Origin: the human T2T-CHM13v2.0 reference genome, Homo sapiens
Reading direction: 5' to 3' (one strand)
Length of the DNA stretch: 64,000 nucleotides
NCBI RefSeq assembly: GCF_009914755.1
Contig: NC_060925.1
Shown here: piece after piece, positions 1 through 16,028 of the stretch
Layout of the letters: every line of letters starts with the position of its first letter
How positions within the stretch are numbered: the first letter of the stretch is position 1
Translations under genes and position numbers: made by a program
The notes under the pieces: model-generated
What the model saw: the letters and a program-made list of their open reading frames with translations, nothing else
What the model was told of the DNA's origin: nothing
Database searches by the model: none

Positions 1-125
1 TCGAGACTGCAATGAGCCATGATGGCACCCCTGCGCACCAGCCTGGCAACAGAGGGAGACCCTGGCTCAAAAAAACAAAACAAAATATAACAAAAATAAT
101 CCCAACCAAACAGAACAACAACAAC
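1..125 (+). mobile_element. Alu right-arm 3' end with A-rich tail (cut by window edge)
   Basis: gactgcaatgagccatgat...cagcctggcaacagagggagaccctggctc followed by an A/AC-rich tail. Confidence 0.8.
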
Positions 126-340
126 AAGGAATCAGAGAAGGCTCAGGGGAGGGACTACTGGAAGTGGCCCAAGTAAAGACAGGTGACTGGAGGCTTCTGC
201 ATAAGGGACGGCAATTTAAGCCTACACATTTACCATTGCTCCCACCTGAAATGATAGCGAAGGAATTGTTTTGAGGGCAAAAAACAAACAAACAAACAAA
301 AAATCCCAGGAAAAAAAGATGGGAGGAGAGAGGTAGCTCA

Positions 341-680
<340 letters not shown>

Positions 681-1025
681 AGAAATCAGGGTGCTGTTGT
701 ATGGGAAGTTTCAGCTTCTCATGGGTGGCTAAAGTGAACAGGGCTGAGAGACTTGAAGGGGTTAGTCTTCATGGCCTATTTCAATGGAAGGTGAGTCAAA
801 TGTCCAGGCCTAAGTGTCTGGCTAGAGCCCAGCATAGCTGACATTACGGAGTCTCTGGGCCATGGTTCTCTCTTGTAGTAGCAGCAAGCTTACTCCAGCA
901 GACACTTAGGTTTCTGGCATTACCAACCTCTGCTGAAGCCCTCAGTTGATGGGGCCTTTTGGGGAGGGGAGATGTCCCTGGAACAAGCACATGGAGCTTC
1001 CTCAAGGAGCTCAGACAAGGGCAAT

Positions 1026-1545
1026 TGTTGGGGCCCAGGAGAAAGTCATATTGAGCAGATGGGCTCTCTACCCAATGCACACAGAAGCCAATACTATGGC
1101 ACGGGCTTTTGAGAAAAAAAAGGCTTTATTGCAAGACAGACCAGCAAGGAAGCAGGAGGGAGGCTGAAATCTGTCTCCTCCACTGGGGGTCTGGGGCAAG
1201 TTTTAAGGGCTCATGGGCCATGGAAAAGGACTTAGGAATAGTTGGCTTGGCAGGGTCTGACTGGAGGTCTGACATTTGACCATTTATAGTAAGGTATGTT
1301 GAGGCAGATTTTACCCCTGATCTTTGGGGCCAATGGACTCCTTGCATCTGAAATAGTTCCAGCATTCAGGTTCTGGTCATGTCCTAGTCTTCTGGTTCTG
1401 TTGGAAGGACTTACTGGTTGTGGGTGTTATTAGGGGTCAACGCCTTTCCTATTGCTCAGGCTACATGACTTGCAGTTTCTGGCTGTGTTATACCTACATG
1501 GTAACTCGACAGAGTAGGCCCAGTTTGGCCTGGTCCTATGGTTAG
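1026..1545. mobile_element. Probable ERV1-class LTR fragment (MER31/MER67-like)
   Basis: aagccaatactatggcac...gagaaaaaaaaggctttattgcaag...aaatctgtctcc resembles recalled MER4-group LTR sequence; family and boundaries approximate. Confidence 0.45.
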
Positions 1546-1596
1546 AAGAGAGGAAGTACTTACGTGCGCTTGAAGCAGCTGTTGGGTACATGGTCA

Positions 1597-1943
<347 letters not shown>

Positions 1944-2046
1944 AGTACAGATAACAGCTCACAGCATTACACAAACGTCATTCATGTTTAATGCAATTGT
2001 TGCTATCTTTACACCTAGTCCTATGTTTGGAAATTATATTAACATA

Positions 2047-2257
<211 letters not shown>

Positions 2258-3869
2258 TTAACATAAAATTCAATTTAATGAACTCAAAGTTCATTATGAT
2301 TGGTGATAAGACTTTTGCCAGTAAGAGGTTTGGGGAAAGTAGAATGTTACGAAAATTCCAGACGGTGAGAAGCATCTGCGATCTCTTGCTGTTCTTCTTT
2401 TCCCCAGGACTGTGTTTCTGGCATGGCCAAATCAGTCACACACGCTCCATGACCCTGTGCCCATGCCCTTGAATGGAGATGCGGGTTGCTGCTGGCGTTG
2501 GGCCCCTGCCCATCCCGTGGATGACACGCCTGACCCACGTCCCCTCGCGTCTGTCTGCTGACAGGACTGTGCTCACCAGCTTTGATAAAACCAAAGAGGG
2601 GAGAACAGCTTCTCGTCACCTGCTGTAGAGGCAGCATCTACGCAGGGTGGCCTCTGTCCTCTCCTTGGCTGTTGGCTTTTTACACATCAGTGTCCTCATT
2701 TCCCCCACAAACCCAAGGGCACCTGACACACCATGTCACTCAGTGACTTCACCTGCGAAGAGAAGGGGAGCAGGGCCGGGTGCTGTGTTTTCTCTAACAT
2801 TGAGGTTGACCTTTCAACACCAGAATACGTGGTGGAAGGAAACAGTTTTCCCCATCCTCACGGCTCTGGAAAAGAGGAACAAAACACTACCAGTTAAATA
2901 AAAAGCTTCAAAAGGCATCGTAAATTCCCGTAGCAGGATATTTAAAGAATGGTTTTAACAATCAGACTAAATAAGGCGACCTGACTCCATGCCTGGAAAA
3001 CTCACCAGGCTCAGGAGAGCTTTGTCATTATTACCTCATCTGAGAGCCACTTAACCCAGGCAGGCCCTGGACGTGCCTTGCTGGCTGATCTCACGCAGGA
3101 GAGATCGGTGCAGTGCAGGCAGGTGGCAGACTGGCCGTGCCTCCACACGGGCCCTCCCTGGCCACCACTGTTTGGGATTCAGTTCTTGTTTCTGTTGTTA
3201 CTCAGAGGGCATAGAGGAGACCGGCATACCCAGCGGCCAAAGGCAGGGCCCAGGCGGGGGTGAGCACAGGTGTGTTATTTCTTTCTTTCCACTTCTACTT
3301 GGAGGCATTTCTATAGGGAAAGGGAGTTAGGGTTTCTCTGCAGCAAGCAACCCCCTTGCCCTTCCTCTCCATGATTTTGTGAGTGCAGGAGGATTCCTGA
3401 TTCTGGTTCATGTGGTCCAAGTCCATTCAGAGATACAGGTGTGAACCAAGCCCCTGACACCAACTTACTGTGTTAGTGAATAAATCACAAAGACTCTTTG
3501 GACAATTTGGGGACATTTAGGGGCCTTCGAGTTTCAATATTCTGTAATTCTGACAGCTCTCTGGCTGTCCATGGGTAATGCACAATTTTGCCTTTTATTG
3601 GCAGGAGCTGAGGATTTTATTGATTCCGTTGGGTCTGAGAAGAAAGGAGGCCCAGGCACTCATCTTCTCCTAATTAATTTTTCATGTTCCACAGCAGTGA
3701 TTCCTCCTACAGCCAGGAGAGGCTGAGCAGCGGCTTCGCTGATGCTTTTTGTTAGCATCAGATGTCAGCAGAACTGGCCCACCTCCTGGTCCTGCAGCCC
3801 CAGTGGGTGGCTAGGGAGGGAACACAGCTGTCCCTTCTCTCTTCTCAAAGACAGGTGGTGGGGCAGAAC

Positions 3870-4003
3870 TGGGGGAGGGGGACAGAGAGAGGGAGAGGGA
3901 GAGAGAAAGGAAGACAGAAAGAGGCAGAGAAGGAGAGAGAGAAAAAGGAAGACAGAGAAAGGGAGAGGGCGGGAGAGAGGAAGAGAGGAGAGAGAGAGAG
4001 AAT
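3870..4003 (+). repeat. GA-rich low-complexity purine tract
   Basis: Almost exclusively G/A on the plus strand. Confidence 0.85.
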
Positions 4004-4039
4004 GGCTTGAATAATTGAATGAGAATTGTCTTCCCCAGT

Positions 4040-4431
<392 letters not shown>

Positions 4432-5246
4432 TCATAAACAGCACAGTTGCAACGTGAACTTCTGTTGGTTTTCTTCACTGAAGTAGAGCTGCTGCTGCCG
4501 TGAGTTAAGGCATCAACCGGTTTTGATCCTTCCAAATAGTCACTGAAGATAGTGGCGTGCATCCCCAGGTGCTATCAGAGGACTGTTTTTCTCTTATCAG
4601 GGAAGTCCTGTGCATCTTGTCCCACAGGGCTATGGAGATGTGGTTGGCATGGGACACACCCCCTTCATGCTTAGTTAAAGCGCAATTGCACTGCTGAGGA
4701 CCGGCTTTGTCTCATCCCCCGTCATGCTGTGAACATTCTGGAGAGAGGAAGTCTGTTTTGTTTTTCTGGCTCCCAGGACCCCATCCAGAGAGACAGGAAG
4801 CTAGGAGGTGCCCGTTGAACAGTTGTTCAATGGATGTGAAATAAAGGAACATAAATATGACCCTTGCTTTTATCTTCCTTGGGCATCCCAGGCTCTGGCA
4901 TTTAGATCAAATGGTTACAGTCTATAGAAGTTGATTCTGTAGACTGTGGTCTGGGAGCACAGGGCAGAAGCTCAGCCCAATGATTGCCCTTCAGTGTGTC
5001 GAACGCCCTGTGCTTCACTACCAGGCTTTTTGATGTGGCTGAGAAAGTTTACGTTCAATCTCAAAATGCTCTCCTTAGGGAACATCTAATACGGTTTCCT
5101 TGAGAAAATAAATTAATTTCTCAGGTTTGGCATTGGCAAGTGTCCCACTCACTGCCCGTTAGGAACCCTGCTTTCCAAACCTATACTCCTCTTACTATGT
5201 CATCCTGATGCCCTGTTTAGTTGCTTCTCATAAGAATAGAAATGGT

Positions 5247-5376
5247 AGCCGGCCCTGGTGGCTCACATCCATAATCCCATTGCTTTAGGAGGCCAAGGCA
5301 AGAGGATTTCTTCAGACCAGGAGTTCAAAACCATCCTGGGCAACTTATCAAGACTCCACCCCTTAACAACAACAAT

Positions 5377-5419
<43 letters not shown>

Positions 5420-5712
5420 GAGATACGGTCTTGCTACATTGACCAGACTGGTCTTGAACTTCTGACCTCAAGCGATCCTCCCATCTCGGCCTCCCAAAGT
5501 GGTAGGATTATAAGTGTGAGACACAGCACCCAGACTAACAAAATATTTTTAAATCAGCTGGGCATGGTGGCTCACACCTGTAGTCCCAGCTACTTGGAGG
5601 CTGAGATGGGATGACTACTTGAGCCCAGGATTCCAGGATGCAGTAAGCTATGATCATGCCACTGTAATCCAGCATGGGTGACAGAACCAGACCCTGTCTT
5701 AAAAAAAAAAAG
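5247..5712 (+). mobile_element. AluJ-like element interrupted by an inverted Alu monomer and a (TTTA)n run
   Basis: Forward left arm ~5247-5375, (TTTA)n 5376-5418, reverse left-arm monomer ~5420-5535, forward right arm ~5553-5712. Confidence 0.8.
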
Positions 5713-5724
5713 GAAAATAATAGT

Positions 5725-6035
5725 AAGGGTGGTAGGGGAAGAGGGATGAAGAGCGGTTGGTTATGGGTACAAACATACAGTTAGATAGAAGAAATAAGTT
5801 CAGATGTTTGATAGCACACTAGGGTGATGATACTTAGCATCAATGTTATGCATATTTCAAAGTAACTAAAAGAGAGGACTTGAAGCCAACACAAAAATGA
5901 TAAACACTCAAGGTGAGGCATTTCCCAATTACCCTGACTTGATCATTACACATCCTTTGCATGGAGCAAACACTCATATGTGCCTCATGAATATGTAAAT
6001 CATTATACATCAATAAAACGGGGAAAACTAGATAA
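5725..6035 (+). mobile_element. Old L1 (L1MA-like) 3' end
   Basis: gggtacaaacatacagttagatagaag...ccctgacttgatcattacaca...caataaaa, typical of L1MA 3' UTR. Confidence 0.7.
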
Positions 6036-9000
6036 TAAAACATAGAAATGGAGGAGATTAAAGAATAGAAATGGAAAAGCATGTGTAGTAAGTGAGTGGG
6101 AGGACGATATGTTGAAGTGAGTTGCTTCAGAATGCGGGTGCTTAACTTTGTCATGTCCATTGGGTACCACGAATGACTTGAAGATGTCATTTTTTTTTTC
6201 TGGATAGGACAAAGGGAATGTAGGTGTATATTCTGGTATCTCCCCATTTCTTTCTCTTATGCCTGAGGTTTCTTGGTGAGTTTTGTTAAGTTCATTTGTG
6301 ACATCCTTTTGGAAACAGAGCGTAAACTTGTTCTATCTCTCTGTCTTCTCTCCGTTCTTGCCCAGGCTGGGACTCTATTCCCTGGGGTGATGGAAGACTG
6401 GCTCTTGAGCTGCATCCTTGGTAGCTTTTCCTTCTTCATCTCATTGCCAGTGAGGACACTGAGGAGGAGAAGGAGGTGAGGAGGAGGAAAAAGATGAGGA
6501 AAAGGAGAAAACCAACCACGATCCACTGTCACCAAATGAGCATGCCAGGTTGCCATGCTGCACAGCTCCAAGAAGCACCACTGTCCATGTGGTCAACATG
6601 GATGGATCCCTGAGGAGGTGTCCAGCAGCAGCCTGCATGCCATGCGTGGCTCTGAAGTCAATAATCCTGGAAAAAGGGTCATTCCTTCCCAATAAACGAC
6701 AGTGGGCTATCTCCCGCAGACACCCACGAAATTTCCCTCCTTTTCCTTCCATGGAGGACTGGTGAAAACGTCATCGTGGACCTGACCTGCATCTGGAGAC
6801 CATCCCTCAGAGGTGCTGCAGAGCTCCTTTCTGCCCAGGCATTTACGGTGGGTGAGAACTTGGAGAGGCGAGCTCACGAGGGAGTTGGGGTTTTGACTTG
6901 GCCATGACTACTCAGCTCAGGATGAAAGCTGATACTTTCTGAGTGCATTCTTTGATTAACCCTTCAATCCTCACAATCACCCCATGTCACCAGGAGGAAA
7001 CTGAGGCAAAGTCCACACAACTGGCAAATCTGGTATGACTCTCTTTCTGTCACAGCAGTTTGCTGGCAACAGACCTACAGCCAGATGCTCAGGTGAGTTA
7101 GTTCCAGTGGCTGCTTTTTTGTGGCACCCAGACCTCCATTCTCTCCCTTCATCACTGACCTGTTGCTGGTGCCTTCTTGGGACTCTCCCAAGGCCTTGCT
7201 GCTTTTCTCTCCTCCTGGGCTTTGACCAAGGCTTACCCATGTGGCCACACAGTTTCAGCAACTTGGGGGAAAATGATAGGAGGTTGAATCCCTTTCCCTT
7301 AGGAAGGGAGTGAGGCTTCTCATGCTCCATCTAGCAATTGTGTCTTTCTCAAAATGTACAACATTATGTTCCACGAGAGACTCAACACACAGGTGCACAG
7401 GTGACATATAGGTGGCTTTTTGCCTATGGAGAAAGTGGAGCATCGGAGGAGCCACAGAGAGGGAAGTGAGGGCTAGCAGGTGAGGGCGGTGTGATGTTTC
7501 TTCTCCTCTCAGCCAAGCTCTGTCGCTCCTTGCTCCAAGGGACAGACTGTGCTCCTGTGGGAAGCCTCTGACCTCACTCCAGTGAGAACAGCAAAGTGAG
7601 TGGAGGTGACCCAGCCGCCCTTCTGCCCACCACAGCTGCTTAGCTGGAGGATGAAATACACTTATTAGCCAAACCCGATGACAGGCCTTCGTTTCTGCTT
7701 TTTAATCCCTCAGTAGTTTATAAATGTTCCTTTCTCTTTTGCAGCTTTGAACTACACCCCTTTCTTTAAGGAATGTCAAATTAAACTTGAATACAAAAGA
7801 ATATTTCTCACCATCATACCATATAAGTTTTTATGTGTAATTTTATGGCTACGCTTTCCGACTAGATATTAGTATTATAATATTCCAAAGCGAAAAGCAA
7901 AAAAGAGTTATTGCCATTGAGATGTAAATATGAATAAACACCGTTTTTAGAATCCAGTGATTTTTGTCAGGCTTTTGGGAGTGCTTGCTTGTCATTTTAT
8001 AATTGCAATGAAACTGAAAAATAGACCTGAAATTATATAAAAATACATCAAGGAGTGCCCTGCATCTATGTTCTCCTAGTCTTTGAAGGCAAATTCTCTA
8101 TGAATAGAACTTATAGAGATTCTAATTGGTCTTACAATTGAGTTTCCGGTAATTGAACATACCTTTTAGTCTTCTTTACTTCATATCATCATTTCACATC
8201 TTCTTCATTTCAATTACTGGTGCTAGAAAATAAAACGCAATACACTGTGATTCGTGTGTAGAATGCTGGTTAGTTCAGCTCCAAAGAGCAAGTAAGATGT
8301 TCTATGCTCAGCTCTCTCCTGGGTCTGCTCATAATAGGTATTCAGTAAATAGTTGTTGAATGATTAAATAAATGAATGAGCAAATGGATACAAGGATGCT
8401 GCTATGTAGCATTATGTAACTTGCTTAGATTGTATGTATTTTTTACTGTCTGTCTCCCCTCAATGGGATGACGGCCTCTCGAGGGCAGACGTTTTCGTAT
8501 GATTTGTTCACAGGTGTATCCCAGGCACGTAGTAGGATGACTGACACATAAGGTACTTGGCAAATATTTCTTGAACAATTAACGAGTCTGGGGCTGTAGC
8601 CACAGATTGCACTTTCTCATCTCAGCCAGATGGTTCTTAAATGTATATCTTCAGTCATAAAGGGAATTGGGAGAAATATTTTAGATGTGTTAAAGAATGA
8701 AAGCAGATTGCTCGCTGTTCCTGGTCTCTTTACACAAATGAGTCTGCCCACAAGAGCCCTCACGGGGAATGTGTGAAAGGCGACTGTCGACCCCAGCGTT
8801 TCTTTCTTAGGAATTCCTTCAGACCACCTTTAATTTGTCTGCTGTGTAGTTTCTCACCTTTTGTTTCTCACTTTTTGGCTCCTCACTATACTCACTTCTC
8901 ATGAAAACAGGGACTCAAGTGGATGCGTACGCCCATGTTCGTTGTGTGCTCTTCACAGTAGCCAAAAGGTAGAAGCAACCCACAGTGGGTGAATAGATAA

Positions 9001-9045
9001 ACAAAATGTGGTACGTGCATGCAATGGAGTATTATTCAAACTTTA

Positions 9046-9499
<454 letters not shown>

Positions 9500-9552
9500 C
9501 TACAACATGGATGGACTTTGAAGACATTATGCTGAGTGAAATAGGCCAGTCA

Positions 9553-9895
<343 letters not shown>

Positions 9896-10763
9896 TTATG
9901 TGAGTTTCCTCGAGGAGTCAGATTCATGGAGACAAAAAACTGGATGGTGGGGGAAGAGGAGATTGGGGTGTTATTGTTGAATAGGTACAGCGTTTCAGTT
10001 TGTGAAGACGAAAAAGTCCTGAAGACATTGTTAATGATAAAACAACACTGTCAATATACTTAATGCCATGAAACTGTACTCTGGTTAAAGTGATAAAATT
10101 TATGTCATGTATAATTTTACTATGATAATTAATAATCTTTTAAAAAGACCCACCCATAACCACCCATTTGGGCTCTATGGTTCCACTCATGCCTTTGGCT
10201 TTGCCTTGAGGTCCTATTTCTGGAGAAATCTTCAGGTATGAATCTTGGCCTGCCTCGAGGACTTAGCTGTGTTCCTTGACTCAGGTTTGAGTGGCACCTT
10301 CTCGTGTTCCATTTGTTCATCATCTTGAACCTAAAGCAAAGAATCCACTCTTAATTGTTGTCTTGGTTTAAGTCAGGGGCCAGCACGAGAGGGTTCTTTA
10401 TTACGGTTTTCAGTTAACCATTCAGCCTTATGCAGGTCCCTTGGAGGAGAAGTTGAAGAGATTAATGGAAGCCGAAATGGCTGGGAACTATAGATTGTGA
10501 TTATTGTACTACTAAGATGGTGTTGCAGCTAGGAAGGAAGTAAATAATTCAATACAATACATATGTATATACACACATCAACTTCTGAGTCCATATATAA
10601 ATGAGTAGGTGACTTGGGCACTTGCTTATTTATGTATTATCCTAGAGCATATATGTTATGAAAGGAGGGATTTTTTGTTTTGCTCATTATTCCATTCCCA
10701 CTGTGCCTGTTATGAATTAGGTGGCCAATCAACATTAGTTAAGTGGATGAATGAGTACATTTT

Positions 10764-10797
10764 ACACACACACACACACACACACAGACACACACAC
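10764..10797 (+). repeat. (CA)n microsatellite
   Basis: acacacacacacacacacacacacagacacacac. Confidence 0.9.
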
Positions 10798-11019
10798 GGA
10801 GATTGAGAGAGAGGGAGGGTCATTGCTGCTTCTGGCTTAGTGCCAAAAAGAGTTACATGTAAAGAAACTCAAATCTATTATAGCAGTTAGCTTGTGATAG
10901 GCTTTCTTTCCTGCCAAACCATAATTGTGTGCTGTTGTAAATGACATCTCCTCCCATGCTTTGGAAACTTGTCTTCATTTCGAAACTGGTTTATTGTCCA
11001 AGTTAATTCTCCTCCCGCG

Positions 11020-11376
<357 letters not shown>

Positions 11377-13660
11377 TGAGCAGGTTGGAAGATGAATTTT
11401 AAGGGTGTTTGGAATACAGAAAGGATGAAACCTCTGAAATTTTCTTTGTACAATTTTTAATGCTCTAAAGTCTCATGGCAATTAAACAATTATTATTTAA
11501 GCAGGATATAAAAAGTTATGCAGAGCGTGGATCTATTTAAGACACATGTAATATAATAATTATTGGTGTTATTAATACCAGTTAGTACATAGCACCCAAT
11601 ATTTGTTAATCATTGTGTAATTAATTTTGTTAGTTTACTTTGGGTGATTCCTCTAAGGAATATATGTGACTACATATTATTATTCCTCATAACATTCTTG
11701 GGAGCTAAATATTGTAGTTCAGAGGTAACAACATCTCAGATGTTAACTGATTTGCCATACAAGAAAGGGACTAAACATTCAGGAACAATGGAAGATTATA
11801 TGGTACATATATTTTCTATTTCAAATTGCTCTGAAAAATTTATGCCTAGTCCGTTTTATCAAGCAAATGTGCAGCATTTTTTTTTTCTATAAGTCTAGCT
11901 TTTCTTTCAACACAAGACTGAGCTGGAGTATTTTGCCTCGCAGACAGTGAGTCTCAGGGCACCTTTTTGGTGGGGACAGCCATACTGAGTTTTCCACTCC
12001 ACGGAGACCTGAGACTTCTGAATACCAAGAGAAAAGAGAGAGATTGAAAGGAAGGGTTCAGTCCTTGAATTCCTGTTTAAACTCCATGATGCCAAAGGGG
12101 TTAGATACATTGCCAAAAGCTTAAGCAACTGAGCAAAAAATAAAGCTGAATTGGAAATGATACAGGGAAAGAAAAAGAGTTGGGTCAGCAGGTAGGAGTT
12201 AGTGGCTTCACCCCATCTCTTTAGCTTCCCTAAGGCCTCTTGGAGGATATCTTTTCCACTCCTTACTCCACGTCTGCATCACCTGCCTCTGTCCAGGCTC
12301 CGTGGCGGCATCAGCAAAGGCAAGGCAGCCAGGGAGGGCCGCTGAGAACTGAGGTTCCAAAATAGGGAAAGTAGAAGGGGAGGGCTTGGCTCTCAAACTA
12401 CTTCAGTTCTTCCTCCTCCTCTCTCCCTCTCTCTCCTCCCTTTACTGGCTCATTTCATTTTCCCATGCTGCCATTCTTTATAAGTGCAACCACAAAGACT
12501 CTTTAATATAGCATTAAAAATCCAGTTACCGAAAATCAATTTGTCTATACAAAATAAGGATGCAAGATAAACAGGATGCTCGTTCTGTAACTGTCTGAGG
12601 ACTCTCCACAGGAAAGGGAGAAATGCCGTGGGGAGACATTGACGTCCTGCATTCATCATGTGATTATCCTTGTCCCGCTCGTCAGCGGCGGAATGAGACA
12701 GAACAACTTGACCTCGCCCATCAGGACTGGAGAGGTCGTTGTTGGGATTAGAAACCCAGAAGGTAGAGAGATAATATTGCAAATAGGAAGTGCTTCACAC
12801 ACAGTAACTGCATCCATGGCCCAGAGAACAATTGTAGCACACAAGGAGCAGGGCTGTGGCTAAAGTGTTGGCATCTGGAGCTAATAGTTCTAAAAATGAT
12901 ATAAGGTAGAGGTAGAAAAACAACTATCTATGTCCGAAATGAAGGATGAAGAGCTGAAGTCACTATCGAAAGGGCAGAGGCCTACTAACCAGCATACAAA
13001 GTAAAACATTTTCTAATCCTATGTTGGATATACATTTAAAATGATTTAAAAACAAATTCTCACAGAATCTCACAACAATCCTCTAATGTAGGCGGGAAAC
13101 TACTACCACCCTCAGGTGACAAGGAGATGGGCTAAGTGTCTTGCCTAGGTCACCTGGCGATCACGTCTATCTCTGGCGCCACAGTCTCTCACTCACCCTG
13201 CTTGGAAACCTGCCCGTTTCTGAATCATGTGAATTTTGTGTCCCCCATGCCTGGGCAGTACCTCCCACTTCTTTCAAGGCAACAGTTTTCTCCTCTCCAT
13301 TCCCACCATGTCCTCAGCAGCCCAGGTCCCTGTGGCATCACTTTTGGTTACCTGTCCAGAGTCGCCCAGCTAAGGTTTATCTCTTCTCATTAGGCTCCTC
13401 CAATCCCAATGCTATAGAGCACAATTTTCATTCTTCCTGGTGACATTGTCATCCCCAGATGTCCTTGCAGTGCCCAGCACACGGTAGGTGTTGACTAAAC
13501 GTTTGATAATGGAAGTCCTTCCACGTTAAGGCTCTGCTCCCCTGTCTGCCCCTCCAAGTTCTTCGTCTACCCCCGTTTTCTCTGGTCTCACTGAGCAAAG
13601 ACAGACAGCCTTCCACCTTCACACCTAAACTTGCTCTTCATCTGGAAGGTAGTGTGCTCT

Positions 13661-14327
13661 TGAAACTACCTTTGCAAATTTATGACAATAAGAGAAATAT
13701 GACATAGTTGACTCCGTCTTTCTTCTAACCTCCAAGCTGTCCTTGGTCATCCCTGGGTATAGGCCAAGTTAACTTTGGTAGAAATTCAGTTTATAGTTTA
13801 ACCTTAAAGCAAGGATGATCATAGCCCTTCCCCCAGACTAAACTGACTTTGTAACACTAATGAAAGGCTGCAGGGTTAGGAAGATGAGAGGGCCTGAATT
13901 CTCAGATGTAGGCATAAATGATAAGCAGCCATTGTTTTGAAGGTCACAAGATTTAAAACTTTCCCAATTACTCCTGGAGATAACGTCACTATTGTAGAAC
14001 CTAAAATTAGTCTTTTGAGGTGATTTTTGACTCCTGTATTCCTGATAACTGGCTGACTCCACCTAGACCTGCCCATTTTCCTGCATCCCTATGATTTCAT
14101 CCCCAACCAATCAACATTCCCCACTCCACAGCCCCCTGCCCCCCATACTATCCTGGAAAAGTTACAACCTCCAGGCCTTTGGGGAGACTGATTTGAGTGA
14201 TAACTCCAGCTGATCCAGTGTGAGCTGGCCTGGCGTCAATTAAACTCTTTCTCTTTTTGCAGTGCTGTGGTCTCAGAGGATCGATTTTGTCCATGAAGTG
14301 GCAGGAAGAATCTGTTGGGTGATTATG
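13661..14327 (+). mobile_element. ERV1 solo LTR (LTR8A-like)
   Basis: Starts TGAAACTACCTTTGCAAATTTATGACA..., as in the recalled LTR8 family start; 4-bp TSD CTCT at 13657-13660 and 14328-14331. Confidence 0.8.
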
Positions 14328-14340
14328 CTCTCCTCCTTCC

Positions 14341-15249
14341 TGTAAATGAAAAGTAAAATTCTAAGGCCCTCAACTGACTGAGTGGACCCTTCTCTAGGCC
14401 AAGGGGACCCAAAGAAACCTGAAAAACTAGGTCAGGCCATATGGGAAGTGGGGGTTGGACATGCCTCCTTATACTTTCCTCCCTTTAGTGTTCAGGCACA
14501 ACTGACCAAACTTAACATTAAAACAGAGATCTTAACACTGACAACACAGACTCTTTGTAGCAATAAGATACCAAATTCCAACCTGACTCTAGTATAGCAT
14601 CACATGACAAATAAGGAAGGAAATCAAAACATTTCACCCCAAAATATGTTTCTTTGTCATATTTTGAAATGACCCAGCAAAGCCATCTTTTGTGGGGGAA
14701 AATATCCAGCTGTAAAGAATGTCTATTAACATAACCAAGTCTTTCCCTTTCCAGGCCCTCCCAATCCTGAGGAAATTAACTGAGAGTCTAGCACCTTTTA
14801 AAAGTCTGAATAGGAAACATTTGCCATCTATTGTCTCGAAGGGTGGCCACCTACATGATTTCATCTACATAATAAGAACCTTGGTCTCCACAAACCCTTT
14901 TCTTGACCCAGATGCTCCTTTCTATTCATCCCAGGTCTTCAGATAATAACTTAGCTGTTTCGACAAATTTCCGATTGGTAAATCTTGAAATCCACATATG
15001 ACCTAGAAGCGTCCACTTCAAGATGTCCTGCCTTTCTGGGATGAACCAATGTATACCTCACATGTATTGATTTATGTCTCTGTGTGTAACTTCTGTCCCC
15101 TTATAAGGTGTAAAACCAAGCTTAACCCAGTCACCTGGGGCATATGTTCCCAGGACCTCCTGAAACTGTGTCATGGGTCATAGTCCTTACAGTTGGCTCA
15201 GAATAAACCTCTTCAAATATTTCACAGAGTTTGGCTGTTTTGGTCAACA
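14341..15249 (+). mobile_element. ERV1 solo LTR (MER4D/E-like)
   Basis: TGTAAATGAAAAGTAAAATTCTAAG...AATAAACCTCTTCAAATATTTCACAGAGTTTGG...GTCAACA; TG...CA termini. Confidence 0.8.
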
Positions 15250-15457
15250 TTTCCTATCCATAGCTTACCTAACAGTGCAGGGCCAGCCTAATGTCTGCCT
15301 TCCCCAACAGCTCCAGGTCCATGGATTTTTTTCCCCTTTTTCTTATACCTAGAAACTGTGTATCCACATAGAACTTCATTATAAACAGTCTTACCGGGCT
15401 CCTCTGTGCCACTGGTTTAATTTTGTAACACCAAATGATTGCTAAACCACTTGAGGG

Positions 15458-16028
15458 TGAGGGAGTTTGGGGAATGTTACTCTAAAATATAGCTCCCTGG
15501 TATGAGTGTTTTGAAGTAAAGGCCCTTAAAGACCCACAGACACTGGAAATGACTTTTCCCCTATGTACATAAAGAGGGACCTACCAAGAGGGAAAATGGT
15601 TTTTCCTTCTCCTCTGTGTTAGTTCATTACCTGTTCAGAAAAGAAGAGCAAGAATCTAAACACACCTGAACACACCCACTTACAAGATAGTATCTGTCTC
15701 TTAGGCTCAGTCAGTTTCCAAAGACAACCATTGACAAGTTAATCTCTGCTCCCCATCCACTCATATCCACTCATTCTCCTTAGTAATCATTGATTGCCCC
15801 TCAACGGAATGATCTACATTCCCTATCCCTCCCTCCCCTCTGGAATAAGAGCATATAACATCTGGGCCTCCCTAGGATAGGGGGTCATCTCTCATTGAGA
15901 TGGGGGTTCTCCCTCCCGTGCATGTGAATCAATTTTCATGGCTTTTCTACAATTAATCTGCCGTTTGTCAGTTAAGTTTTCAGTGAAACTTCAGAGGGCA
16001 AAGGGGAAGTTTTCCCTTGGCCCCTGCA
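15458..16028 (+). mobile_element. ERV1 solo LTR (MER34/MER39/LTR29-like)
   Basis: TG...ttcagagggcaaaggggaagttttcccttggcccctgCA; 4-bp TSD AGGG at 15454-15457 and 16029-16032. Confidence 0.75.

Noticed and set aside
6100-6770. Cluster of 100-130 aa ORFs suggesting a processed pseudogene
   Set aside because: I recognise no protein family, TSD or poly-A tail. A BLASTX or Dfam search would be needed.
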